From contig NW_003314280.1 of NCBI RefSeq assembly GCF_000143415.4, forward strand, positions 1,302,894 to 1,366,893: a stretch of DNA of 64,000 nt, in the 5' to 3' direction. The notes under the pieces were generated by a model, which had not been told where the DNA came from, did not search any database, and worked only from the letters and a program-made list of their open reading frames with translations. The position numbers and the translations under genes are program-made. This stretch comes from Selaginella moellendorffii (taxonomy: Eukaryota; Plantae; Lycopodiophyta). This document shows positions 50,029-63,234 of the stretch, one piece after another (within the stretch, counting starts at the first letter, position 1; each line of letters opens with the position of its first letter).

Positions 50029-53000
50029 CGCTAATCTTCCGCCCCTCTTCCACAAGCCCTCGTCCACTCCTTTTTATTATGGACAAGGCATAGAAAATGG
50101 GCACAGCTCCATTGGATAATGGATTTGCAGTCCGAAAGAGCTTAGATGTAAAAACACCACCAACTTGGAGAAGAGATAGACCCAGTCAACAGTAGTATTT
50201 TCTTTAAAAAATTTACATGAAAAGAAAAAACGAAAGCAAAGACATCGCAAGATGCCTCCCCAATATTGCACTGCATTGCTCGCTCTCATTATCAGCTTAC
50301 AAGTTCCTTATCATCGTATAGCTTGATAGCGGTTTCTCTCTCTCCATCTTTTATTTGTTCTCCTCTCTCTTCGAGGGTCTCTTGCGTGTTTGTGCGTGTT
50401 TCAAGCAGTGCAAGAAATATCTTTTCGAGTGTGGTAAAATGGAAAGGGAAAAGAGGGAAAAGACCACCCAAGAACAATGGAGAATTAAAAAGGTGGCGGA
50501 GTGTGTGAGTGAGTGAGAGCCCACCGCAAGAGCCAGGTCTCCAGCAGCAGTACAAAAGCTGTTTTGTCTCATGGTGCTACACGACGGGAACAAATGTGTC
50601 CTTGGTTCTAGCTTTATGGTGCGCCCCCCATCAGCAATCTTTTGCCCAGCCTCATCCCATCCACCAAGCAAACAACCAAGCCTGCGCTTGTCGCCAAGCG
50701 TTTATAGCTGTTCCACTCTTTTTCTCCCACACACAGGAAAACCATTTAGTATCACTGCTTAGCTGATGTTGATCTCTCGGGAACAAACACCGCAAGAACT
50801 TACGGGATCGGCATCCAGATTATCCCCAACTTTACTGCTTTCCACGCATGCTGGAGTGTGGAAGAACAACACATCGATCGAGTGGATCGATCGGGATCAT
50901 CCCGGGTTTTGGGCTGGCCGTGGGGAACAGCACTGTACTATGATATGAGACGCTTACAAGTGTGGATGGATGTCGTGATCATCTTCCAGTGGAGACAAGC
51001 CAGCGTCTGGCCAAGTTAGCTCGGGGGTCACTGTCTTTGCAACTCAAGTTTCTCAGTCCAAGGAAAGAGGTGTTTGATTCGTACTGTAGTGCTGTAAGCT
51101 CTAGCAGGAGTTTGGAAGTGTGTGTGTACAGTGAGGTGGAAAAAGGGGACGATATCGTCGTCCGGTGGGATTTATGCGGGTCGCTGTTGCAAGTGTTAGA
51201 AGCTGCCAAGTTTTGGAAATCTATGTCTAGTCTGGACTCTTATGACCTGTATGTACGGGTGGATTTTTTCCAAGGAACAAAAGCTGTTTCAGCGATGTGT
51301 GTGGACTCGGGGAGCTCCAGCTTTTGCTTGCTTGCTACGATTTGGCATGTCTTGGATTGGATGGAGCCCTGGACTCCCAGCAGAATGCGGCCACGCAGAT
51401 CGAGATTATTTGTTTTCTTTGCATGGGCTGTAATAAGAATCGAGTTCTTTTCGTTGCCCCGTTGATTTCTGCTGGTTATGTCTCGATTTAGGGTGACAAG
51501 CTTGTGATTAAACGGAGGTGACGACCATCGTTTCTCGATCTTTCGTTGTTGGTTGTTGATTGACCACGATTCATTTTTTGCGCTGCCAAGAAGGTTCTTC
51601 GTACTAGTTCCCATTGGAGACTCCCTCCAAGTTTTCTTTAGTCTTGTGCTTTGGGAACATTTTTTGCATTCATTGCCAGGAGCCAAGTTGCGGGAAGAGA
51701 AACTGTATCATTGAAAAGCATATATTGGCACACGATATAATTTTCAAATGCCACGGTCCATTAGCAAAAGAAGTAAAGCCTACCCCCACCCCGCCATTTC
51801 GAGTAAAAAAGAAAGTGAGGTTCTTATTCTTCTCGAGGCTTTTGCTGTAATCTCTCACTCACTGCTCACGGGGAAATTGCATCGCATCGCACCCATCAAG
51901 CTCCAACGCACACACAGACACACACACACACACACACTATCTCCCAAGTGAACAAAATCTCTGCCTGGAGAGGAAAAAGATCAACCCTCTCGTGCCGAAA
52001 CTCGAGCTCACAACTTTTCTTTTTCATGATCAAAAGTTTGCTCCCCTAGTTTCTATATAGATCTCTTTTGAACTGTGTATCGTCTTCATCCTGGAGACGA
52101 TAAAACAAAGATGATTCTCTCATCCCTCGGATAGTTTTCTCGGTTTCTCTTTTTCTAAGCGGGCTGTTTTTTCTAGTGCCACACACAGCCGTGCGTCACC
52201 CCATTATCATAAAAGCTTCACTCTCCTGTGGGTTTCTCTTTTGTTTTCTTTCCCAACCCAGCAGAAGCCGAGAGATAAAGGTGGCGAGAAAATAAAGGAG
52301 AAATTTCTGGTCAGTGGTGTTGGTGTGGTGGTGGCCCCGTTTTTCGTCTCGCCTGGTGTGTCAGTGCATGCACATTGAGCTTGCTTGTGATGATCCGCTC
52401 CTTGGGCTTGCTTGCACGAACATCCCCAATATTATAAAAGTATAGTGTCAAGTTTCTCCTGTGTTTTGCAAGGATCACGTTTGATCTTAAAATGTTGCAA
52501 AGTCTGATCGTAACATAGATTACTACTTTGTTGTTTGTGGTGTCGAAGCATCGATCCTTCGCCACTATGTCTTTAGAATGGTAGTTCTTGGTCATTGTCT
52601 TGAAACAACAAGCCAATATGTTATAATATTCAAGATAACGAGCGATGTTGGATCATGGAACCAAACGCTGGCTTAGCGGAAGCCATGTCTATATGCTTTG
52701 TAAATGCGAGCGGGGAATATCCAAATCGATAGATGTTGCTTCTTCTCCGCCCAAACGTTGCAATCATATATTCCTCAAGCAGGCACTCGGAATCACTGCC
52801 AAATCTTAGCAATGAAGAAGATTGGTGATACCATTTTAAATGGGTAGAGCATATGATGCTCTATCTCGACAAGGTCACGTTGAGGCATCTCACCCGTGTC
52901 CAAGACTGCTCCGCCACCTTTTTAAATTTGTTCCACGTTAAAGCCGGTTATAAGACTATGATCTTGTGCATATGATTAACAGAAATCTCCCCACGGCCCC

Positions 53001-53489
53001 ACAATCTGGGGGAGGCATCTAAAGGAGATGCCTTTGTTCTCGCACTGAAGGGACTCGTGTATATTCCACGATAATGACCACACTCACACTGTTTTATTCG
53101 TCTCATCGACTCTTCAATGATCTTTCTCGAGAGCGGAGCAAAATAATCTCCTCTGTTCTTTCCTTTTCCACCTGTGCAATGTGGTGTTAAGTCACTGCTC
53201 CCTCTTCCACGCACCCTTGATCGAGCAAAAGCGAGTGATTTTCTCTCCTCGCGGTTTTGAGAATATGTCAACTCATTGCGCTCGATCACCGTATGGAAAT
53301 ATGGACCGAGTGCTCCAGGTAGCCAAATTCTTTAGCTTGTTCGTAAAATTACGACAGCACAGAGCCATAGGTGGCACGCACTCGCAGCAAGCTCTTCGAG
53401 AACCCCTGCCATTGCAAAAGCTCTAGTAGCTAAAGCCTACGACTAACAGGAAAGAAAAGCTTACCACCACCGAGGAATTGCCACTGATG

Positions 53490-55288
53490 TTATTCCAGGG
53501 GTGGAACTTCGTCAGATTCCTCGCGTCGCATCCTTGCAAGGGGACGGTCCGGGACGTCACTACTTGGATCCTCCACTGGCTGCGAAGGAGTAGAGTTAAG
53601 AGCTGGGACTAAAGTTTACTAGAGAAACTTACCTTGCTTGGAGGTGTGATAATGTTCTCGATCTCTGAGAACTTGACGTGTGGTTTCTGCCGTACTTTTT
53701 TCTCTTTGGTAGCTTCCACAACGTATGTGTCCTTTTGATGTCGTCTCTTTACCACGGCTTTGGGCATAGTCACAACCAAATGACCTGACGTTCTCGACCG
53801 CTGTGCGATGCTCTCGGAAGTCTTAACCTGGCTTGATCGAAAGAGAGAAAGAAGTTACGCATTGAGAGAGAGAAGTTTCTACCTCTTCCGGGAGTCGTAG
53901 CTGCAGAAGCTTGCCCTTGATCAGCACGCGCACGAGCAGCGGCTGGATATCAATGTCCATTGCGGATGTATCCATGTATCGACCAATAGCTACATCCAAC
54001 ACTAGCTTGGTTCCACATTCACTCTCTGCTAGCTTGAAACTCCAGCTGTGAGTTTGAGATGGAAGAGGCCTTGAGCTAGTGAAATCCAAGGCTTACTTGC
54101 CCTCGTTCTTCTGATATATACGGCCTTCCATTGGTAATGGATCAAATCCAGTCCTGCGCTCTGGAACCTTTCTCTGATTCTGATTGTTTACCTGAAAATG
54201 CAGGAGTAATGAGATGAGAGACTTGAAATCACACTTTACCTTTCCACTATCCTTTTTCTTTTTCTGCTCAAGCTCGACATACTCCGCTACTCTTGAAGCC
54301 GGTGTATATTCACGAACGACGTGACCGTTTTCGTCCCTGTTGGTCATTTTTTAATGAAAATAAAAAGTAAAACTGCGGGGGAACAATCCAAAGTAACTCA
54401 CACATCTTCGGCAGAAGCGTCACAGTCGACTACATCGTCTTCGTTGCCAAAGACATCCTTTACGAAGGGGTATTCCTACAACTGAGAAAAATGAGATGAA
54501 GAAAACATAGCAGAAAGTACACATACTTGCTGGGATCGAATTTTTTCTGATGGTCGAACCTCGATACCATCTAAACGCTGCAACAAAACCATGAGTTTAC
54601 GAAACAGGACCCCAATGTACCTTCAAGGATGGAAGAGTCGCAATAACATAGCTTCGATAACCAGGGACCTCTTGGCACGGGTTGCCAGTGAGAAACCTTC
54701 GAGCGAGACAAGTCAGGTAAAAGAAGCTAATTTTCTGTTTCTTCTTGCAAAAAAGAAGTTACTCACAAGTCTCGGAGGTGAATGTTGGCCCTCAGAGCTG
54801 CAACAGAGGGGAGCTCCTTTTTCCCAACAAAGTTGAGAGTCATATCCAGCTTTTCCAGGAATTCGCATTGCTCGAGTCCTTCTACCTGTCGCACAAGCTC
54901 GCAAAAAGAGAAAAAGGAAAGGAAGAGAACCGAACCTTCAGAATGTTGTTGACAGCTACATTCAAGTATTGCAGCTGCTTTAGCCGGTGTAAATTGCCTA
55001 AAAACAAAAGTCGATCCATGGAGCGACTAAAGCCAAGGGGGAAAGCGTACTTAGCCTGGAGATGAGATTATTTGGAAGATAGAGAATCTTGAGGTTGGGA
55101 CAAGATGCTCCCAGGCTTCGGTTGATGTCCATGATGCCTTCCTCTTGGAGCACAAGCTCCTGCAAGAGGAGGAGATCGTGTCGCTGGAACAGAATCCAGA
55201 TCAAGGCCGTGTGTACCTCAAGGCTGTGAAGGATCCCCTCGTTGTGCTCTGCTCGTCGCATGAGCATTTCTTCGTTGATCACTCCCAT
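53490..55288 (-). CDS. DNAAF11: Dynein axonemal assembly factor 11 (LRRC6/tilB/Seahorse), multi-exon
   Basis: MGVINEEMLMRRAEHNEGILHSLEEL, LKILYLPNNLISRL, VEGLEQCEFLEKLDMTLNFV, FLTGNPC..PGYRSYVIATLPSL, EYTPASR, RIYQKNEGKWSF, CS-like LDVAIGRYMDTSAMDIDIQP..VRVLIKGKLLQL, and C-terminal EVPPLE*. Confidence 0.93.
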
Positions 55289-55399
55289 GCTTGATAAAGA
55301 ACATAGGAGAGCCCTAACCCTAATCCCACAATTCAAACACGTATTCTAAACCTTTTTACCCTTGCATAACATTAAAGGGCATATACAGGTTAAAGTTTT

Positions 55400-56731
55400 T
55401 TACTCGTCCCATAGATCCTCGACTCTCTTGTATGGAGATGTGTCGTTCACCCAGTTTGTTCCTTTGATCAGCCTCTCCTGTAGAAAAGAGAAAAGTCGGC
55501 TTGCTTTGAAAATGCGAGTGACAAACCTGTTGGATTCCAGAAAGCTTTTGGAAATCCTCGTCCGGAATACTCCATCCGAGAATGTCCAGGTTTTCTTTGA
55601 GCCGATCGGGATTGGAGCTCTTCGGAAGGACGCTGTGACCCATCTGGATCCCCCAGCGTAGTGCTACTTGCGCTGGTGATTTGCTGAGTTTGTCCGCGAT
55701 CTCTTTGACGATGGGATGGCCGAGGACTTTCGGACCCCAGTTTCCCAAAGGAGAGTACCCCTGACAATAAGAACAGCATTGAGTTCCACCGGGAAACGAG
55801 ATCCAATCCAGGACTTACAGAGAGATGGATGGCTTTGGAGGTGCAGTAGTCGTGAAGAGCCTTTTGCTGCCACACCGGATGACATTCAACTTGGTTCACG
55901 GCAGGAACGATGGTGGCGTTCGCCAAAAGGTGGTCGATCTTCTTTGACGAGAAGTTGCTCACACCGATTGCACGAACTCGGCCAGTGCGCACAAGCTGCT
56001 CCATTTTCTTCCAGGTCTCGTCCAGTTGCAAGGGGACGATTTCAGTTTTGCGAGTGCCATCTTCCTGTTGGTAGTGTTCCTTCACACGAACAGGCCAATG
56101 AATCTACACACAAGCATGTCCTCTTGTCACAGACAGAAACAAAGAATCTGGATATCTTACCAAATAAAGGTCAAGATAGTCCAGCTGCAAATCCTGCAGT
56201 GTTTGATCGCAAGCCTCTTGGACACGATCGTGATCAGAGTTCCTGAGAAGATAGAAAAAATCTATTTAGAGGACAAAAAAATACGTTTCCAAAGAAAGCG
56301 AGAGAACCTGACCACAGCTTGGACGTAATCCACAAATCCCCACGCGTCACTGCACCACTAAGGAAGATCTCTTGCAGCGCCAATCCAATCTACACATGCA
56401 TGAACGAAGCGAGTAAGAAAGGAGAAGAGGGAAGAACTTTAAGCTGTAGAGACATCTTTCTCGTTGCCATAGACGCTCGCGCAATCGATGTGACGATACC
56501 CAGCCTGCGAAGAAGAGCAAACAGTGAGCTAGATAGTGCTACGAAGAGAAAAGAAAGAAATTTGATGCTTACAGCGACAGCGGCCTTCACTGTTGCTCCC
56601 GCTCGCCCCTTCTCCTCCTGCGAGTATCCCGGCCACATTCCCAGCCCGATCGCGGGCATGCGCCCGCCGGTGTGGAGCTGGAAATGCGCCATCGATCCGC
56701 CATCTCCAGCGCCATCGTCGCCATAGCCCAT
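55400..56731 (-). CDS. Aldo-keto reductase (AKR4C-like NADPH aldehyde reductase), multi-exon
   Basis: RMPAIGLG, GYRHIDCASVYGNE, ITSKLW, DLYLIHWP (catalytic D/Y/K/H all present), IGVSNFS, NQVECHP, AQVALRWGIQMGHSVLPKS, DLWDE*. An alternative start lies at 56692. Confidence 0.93.
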
Positions 56732-56817
56732 CCCTCCCAACCTAAAATTTCTCGAGGGGTTTTAGTTGAAGTTTCACTGCTCACGGGTTCTTGAGGCGCC
56801 ATGTAGGTGGTGGGAGA

Positions 56818-59800
56818 ATGGCGCTTCTATTTGCGCTCAATGGGCGAAAGATCGAGCTCAGCGATGTCGATCCCAGCATGACGCTGCTGGAATTTCTAAG
56901 ATGCCACACCGATCTCAAGGGCACCAAGCTCGGCTGTGGAGAAGGTAAGTCAAAAACTAGTTTTTTTTTACAAGAGCTTAGATCGATCGATCTGGTAGCT
57001 CTCTTTTTTTTCTTTCTCGCTGACGATCGGATCAAACATCCAGGGGGGTGTGGAGCTTGCGTGGTGGTGGCTTCCCGCTACGATGCCTCCACAGACAGCG
57101 TGGAGGAAGTTAGCATAAACTCTTGCCTGGCTTTGCTGGGCTCTCTTCATCTCCGCGCCGTGACGACGATCGAGGGCCTGGGAAGCTCCAAAACTCGGCT
57201 CCACGCTGTCCAGCGAAGGTTTCTGGGATTTCACGCGTCCCAGTGTGGGTTTTGCACGCCTGGTATGTGCATGTCGCTCTATGGAGGCCTCAAGAACCAG
57301 CAAAGAAGGGTCTCTGTGGATGGTGGAAAGTATGAAAGTGGTGCTCTAGAGCAGTCGATCCAGGGGAGTTTATGCCGCTGCACGGGATACAGGCCCATAG
57401 TTGACGTGTGCAAGAGCTTTGGAAGCAGTGTAGACGTTGAAGATCTCGGCCTGAACATCTTCTGGAAGGACAGGAAGGATGGTCGAATGGAGCTTTTGCC
57501 GTGCTATGATCCGGGTGACGATCCAAAGTTCCCAGAGTTTCTCAAGCAGGAGATCATTCAAAGGCAATCCGCTAACGTTGTCCAAGATTCTAATGGCACT
57601 TCTGCTATGATCGAGCACGAGAAGTGGATTTGCGCTACGAGCTTTGGACATGCTTTTGGACTGCTCAAACACTTCCAAACGCGTTCCAAGACGAGCAAGG
57701 AGGTGAAGATCGTGGTGGGAAACACCAGCGCTGGAGTGTACAGGGACTGGGATCATAGCGTCTTCATCGATATCAGCAGGATTCCGGAGCTCCATGTCGT
57801 AGAAGCAAGGAGCGACGGCATTGAGTTCGGTGCTGCAGTGAGCATCGCAAAGCTCATCGACTTTCTCGACGAAAACTTTAAGAAAGCTGGCAGTGCTATT
57901 GCGAAACACTTGAGAAAGGTTGCTTCTCCACACGTTAGAAACGCGGGGAGTGTTGGTGGCAACTTGATCATGGCTCAGAAATTTGGCTTCGATTCGGACA
58001 TCGCGACGGTGTTTCTGGGATTCGGTGCTACGTTGAAGCTGCTGGTTTCTCCGGATAAGCAAGTCATCCAGAGCATGGAAGAGTTTTTAGAAGGTGGTGG
58101 CGGAGTGGATGATTATCCAAGCTCGTTGCTGACAATGATCTTCTTACCACTAAGATCACATGAAGCGGCCGAGTTTAAGACGTACCGAGCATCACCGAGA
58201 CCTCTGGGAAATGCAGTAGCGTATGCAAACGCTGCGTTTGTCGTTCGCTTCTCTAAGCTTTCGTCGGGCTCTTCTGTCTACAAAGTTGAGAGTTCGAGGC
58301 TTGCATTCGGGGCCATTGGTGACAAGCACGCTATTCGTGCTATCCAAGTCGAAGAGTTTCTGAAAGGGAAGATTATCACGGCGGAAGTGCTGTTGGAAGC
58401 AATCCAGATGCTCAAGTCGCTGCTGACTCTAGAAACAAACTCAAGGAGGAAATCGGCCTACCGAGCGGCTCTTGCTGTGAGTTTCTTCTTCAAGTTCTTC
58501 AAACGAAAACTTGGACAAGGTGGCCACCACAAACAATCGATCGCTCGAGATGGTTCTGTTTGCCAGCAAAGCTTGATTCGAGGCTGCCAGGAACTTCATC
58601 AGCGAGACAAGAGACGCGCGCTTGGCCAGCCTTCCGAGAAAACCATGGGAAACTTGCAAGTATCAGGTGACTTCTTCCTCTCGTTTTTGTTTTTCTTAAC
58701 TTTTCCAGTTTGTTCCTGCCAGGGGAAGCTGTTTACATTGATGACATTGCTTCTCCGAGCAACACTCTCCACGCAGCATTTGTTTGCAGCCAGAAAGCTT
58801 ACGCGAAGATCAAAGATATCAGCGTGGCTGCCGCAATGGCGTCTCCCGGTGCCGTCTCGTTCATGAGCGTCAAAGACATACCATCAGGTGGAGAAAACGT
58901 TGGAATCAAGTCGGACCTCGCCAATGAGATACTCTTTGCCGAGGAGATTGTTGAGTGCGTGGGACAGGCAATAGGAATCATGGTAAGATATTTCACCAGA
59001 TATCTCATCGGGAAAGCTAAGTTTTTCTTCTTTAAGATTGCCGACACGCCTGCGAATGCGAGAAGAGCTGCAAAACGAGTCCAAGTGACTTACGACACTG
59101 AATCTGTGGGAGAGCCGCCAATTCTCACAATCGAAGACGCTGTGGCGAGAGGATCCTTCTTCCAAATCCCAGCGTGGTTCGAAAGCACACTGCAAAAGCA
59201 GCACGGTGACATATCCGAGGGCCTCGCAAGGGCCGATCATATCATCAAAGACGCGGAGGTACGTAAAACTTTCTTCGTAGAGACACAAGGTCCAATTTTT
59301 TGGAGAACCTTGTAGGTGAGGATGTCCAGCCAGTACTACTTTTACATGGAAACCAACACAGCCTTGGTCGTCCCAGAGGAAGACAATTGCCTGACAGTGT
59401 TCAGCGCTTGCCAAGCTCCGGAGCACGTCCAAGCGAGCGTCGCAGCCTGCGTTGGAATTCCCATGCACAACGTAAGAGTCATCACCAAAAGAGTTGGAGG
59501 AGCTTTCGGGGGCAAAGCTTCAAAAGCTTGTCTGGTAAGCAGTTTTTCCGTGATACCATCGTCCGAAACATCACCTTGTTTTCGATATGTCCACAGGTGG
59601 CCGCTGCCTGTGCTCTCGCGGCGTTTAATCTCCAGCGCCCCGTTCGTCTGTGCCTGGATCGAAGAACCGATATGGTGATGATGGGAGGGCGAGAGCCTTG
59701 CAAGGCCGTTTACACAGCCGGCTTCACTTCCGACGGGAGTGTCACAGCTCTCCAAGCAAAGCTCTTCATCCAAGCCGGCTGGTCCATGGACATGTCGTGG

Positions 59801-61392
59801 CTCTTCACGGGAAACATGCTCCACGCGCTCAAGAAGTTCAACTGGGGAGTTCTCGACGCCGAGTTCGTCATCTGCAAGACCAACATTCCCAGCCGGAGCG
59901 CCATGCGAGCGCCCGGAGATGGCCAGGGATCGTTCGTCGCGGACACCATCATCCAGCACGTCGCCACCGAGCTCGGCCTCGACTTCCACATCGTCATGGA
60001 ACGAAACCTTCACTCCCTCCACACGGCGGAGGCCTTCTACGGGCGGGACTTCATAGGTGGCGGCGAAGGATTCACGCTCCCGACGGTGCTCCGCAGGCTG
60101 AAAGATCGAGCAAGCTTCGAGAGCCGGCTGGAGCTCACGAAAGGATTCAACTCCGCCAACTTGTGGAAGAAACGGGGGCTGGATCTCGTCCAGGGAACTT
60201 ACTTGGTGTTCCTGGTCCCCAAGCCGGCGAGAGCGAGCGTGTTCCTGGATGGATCCGTGGTGGTGGAGGTGGGGGGAGTGGAGCTCGGCCAGGGACTGTG
60301 GACGAAAGTCCAGCAGGCAGCGGCATTTGCACTGAGCGAGCTGTTCGGCGACAAAGAACAGGGAGTTCCAGTCTCCAAGATCCGTGTCGTGCAAACGGAC
60401 TCTATCAGTATGCCCAACGGGAGCTGGACTGCCGGGAGCACTGCGTCCGAGTCGAGCTGCGAGGCCGCGAGGATGTGTTGCGAGGCGCTGGTGGAGAGAC
60501 TAAAACCCGTGAAGGCGAGCTTGCAAGGGAGTGAAGGAGTTTCCTGGGAATCCATCGTGGCAGCTGTAAGTTCCTTCTTTCTCGATCGTTTTGTTTCGAC
60601 TATTCTAAGTCGTTCTGCTCTTCGAACAGGCAAAGATGGCGAATGTAGATCTGTCAGCGCAAGAGCTGTATGTTGCTGCCCCGGAGGCTGCGGCCTATGT
60701 TACGTTTGGAGCTGCTGCGAGCGAGGTATGGAAGTGAGGTCCATTGCTCAGATCTTCGTCCAAACGTGAGAGATTTCTCGCCAGGTGGAAGTCGATGTTC
60801 TAACGGGAGAGGTGGAGATCTTGAGGACGGATATGGTGTACGACTGCGGCAAGAGCATGAATCCAGCAGTAGACATCGGACAAGTAAGCTTCGATCGCCA
60901 AAGCTTCCATTTCTTCGTGGTAGAAACCGGCAATGAGCACAGATCGAAGGAGCTTTCGCGCAAGGCCTCGGGTATTTTGTGAGCGAGGAGTGTGTCATGG
61001 ACGAGCAAGGCCGGCTCTTGACGGATGGAACTTGGACGTACAAGCCCCCGACCGCGGATAATCTCCCCAAGATCCTCAACATCGAGCTCCTCAACAGTCC
61101 CGTCCACGAGAAGAGGATACTCTCCTCCAAGAGTAAGAAGTTCTATCTCGGTGCTTTGCCTTGACTCACAGCGGCATTGCTTCTCTGGCCAGCGGCGGGA
61201 GAGCCACCGTTTCTTCTGGCGGGATCCGTTCACGCGGCGATCCGGCACGCGGTTATGTCCGCCCGGATGGACGCTGGAAAGAAGGAGTTCTTCCAAATGG
61301 ATGCCCCCGCGAGCATCGATCGGGTGAGAGCTTGGTGTGGCCTGGTCAACGTCGAGGACTACTTGGTTGCAAGACCATCGACTGCCCAGTAG
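56818..61392 (+). CDS. Aldehyde oxidase (molybdo-flavoenzyme, plant AAO type), multi-exon
   Basis: 2Fe-2S motifs [21 protein letters not shown] and [10 protein letters not shown]; FAD domain IVVGNT and RNAGSVGGN; Moco domain [13 protein letters not shown] (XDH has GGKE), [14 protein letters not shown] and GEPP. GT-AG introns restore the frame. Confidence 0.95.
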
Positions 61393-61810
61393 CTGCACTG
61401 CGATGATCTTTCTTTAGGCACGGAAAGTCGAGGAGTCTAGAGCTTGCTTTGATGCTATGCCGGCTAGTGACGTAGTTACGTGGAACGCTACGTTTTGCAG
61501 CTTATGCCCAAAAAGGGGCATCTTCTAAAGGTGGTAGAGGTGTTGGAAACAGTGCCGGTATGGAGCTCGACTGGCTGAAATTTTCTTCTCGCCGCTTGCA
61601 CGCAAGAATCGGAGTTTGATCAACCGCACGAATTACTACTCCAAGCTGTGGACCTTGTAGCCTGGGATTCCATGGTTGCTGTGAATGCCTTTGTGGGGCA
61701 TCTGGAAGCGAGGTGTGCGATTCCTCGAAATATATCCATTATATTTATGACTCTCGGCTTTTCCCGATAACTGTAAGTGATTCTTCTCTCTTTTGTTTCT
61801 CATCTAGCTA

Positions 61811-62965
61811 TTAGTGTCGCTGACCAGCTCCAAATGGAGCGAGACGTAAGTCGGTCCCTTTCACGTCGATATCCTGCTCAAGAAATCTCTCCGGGTTGAA
61901 TCTCTCAGGCTCGGACCAGATGGATGGATCATGAATGATGACCACATGTTCACCATGGCCGTGGTCCCTGCAGGGACCACGGCCAGCCAAGCTTACGTCG
62001 TGAATCGCCAAACGAGCCCAAGAGAGCAAGGGACCCGGAGGATGCATCCTCAAAGTCTCCTTCTACGCCTGTTGAGGTCAGACTTGGCAACTCCAGCGTT
62101 TCCAACCACGCTAGTGATCTCATTCCGCAACTTCTTTTGGATTTCAGGATGGATGACGAGCTCTGCGAGAATCCATTTGGTGAGGAGAGCGACTCTCGGA
62201 AAATCATCTCCTGTGAAAATTTACCCAAAGAACTGCGATCATGTCAGCATCGTCGAGTTTGTCCTCGCCATCCAAGGAGAGCTAACGAAGTCTGGCTGCA
62301 CAGCTTTGCTACCCTGCTACCGATGGACAAAGCTCGTCACACCCGAAGGTTGGAAGATGTCCTGGGGATCGACTGCCTTGACAGCAGGCATGATCGGCCC
62401 AGTTGAACGCACCAAGCAGCTCGAAACCTTCCTTCACCATCTTAGAGCGCTCAGCAGCATCCTTGGAGCCATCCTCGAATCTCCTACCGAACACCGTCTG
62501 CATGATATTGTTGAGAGAAGCTCGCTGGAGGAAGTTCCGAACTCGGACAAGGCTGTGGTTGTCTGTTGCAAAGGTACGCATCATCCTGCTTGTCTCCTGA
62601 CACGATGGTTCGTGAGCAGAGAAGAGAGAGCTGGACGCAATCCTTCGCAAGTTACGCCGTAATCTCCATAGGGAGCGAAGCCGATTGCTCGTCCAAACGG
62701 AAGCTGCTGAGCCGACTGCTTGAGAGGTCAGTCCGCAAACTCGGAGCTGTTGAGCAGCTCTCGTGCCACTTCGATGATCATCCTCGTGTTACCCAGGCTG
62801 AAGGCCTCTCGGCGAGCTTACTCCAAGCACTGGCCATCCTCGGGTCCCCGGATCGTCTGCTTCTCAGCGTTCTCCCCCATGCATTCCCGCCGGGAACTAG
62901 CCAAGGAGCGAGGACCGCCTAGACTGCTGCGCACGGCCACAGCAGCAGCAACGAATCTCCATGCA
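61811..62965 (-). pseudogene. CYP78A (KLUH-like) cytochrome P450 pseudogene
   Basis: [83 protein letters not shown] and [10 protein letters not shown] are scattered over several frames. A stop precedes the heme Cys (FGAGQRH*). Confidence 0.88.
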
Positions 62966-63234
62966 TGATCGGTGAAATGCCGGGCGAAGAAAGGCAGAGT
63001 GAACCTTTGGATCTAATCCACAAAACGACTCCATGATCGAGGCAAGCAAGGGAAGCTTGAGACACTTTTTGGTTTTGGAGTCGAGCTTGGGTTTTATATA
63101 TCCTGAGCTGCATGCCTGGAAAAACTATTGGGGAAGTACACTGTTTACAAGTTTGCTTGTTGGTTACATTGCGCCCTCGAACGACTTTTTCGACAAAGCC
63201 GTGTTCTTATTTTCTCTTTTTTTCTTGTTTCCAG

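Noticed and set aside
50962-51465. 167-aa ORF as a gene
   Set aside because: It starts at GTG, has no recognisable domain and has no supporting exon structure.
56818-61392. Xanthine dehydrogenase call
   Set aside because: It has GGAFGGKA and MRAPG rather than the XDH-type GGGFGGKE and AFRGFG, which fits the plant aldehyde oxidase type.
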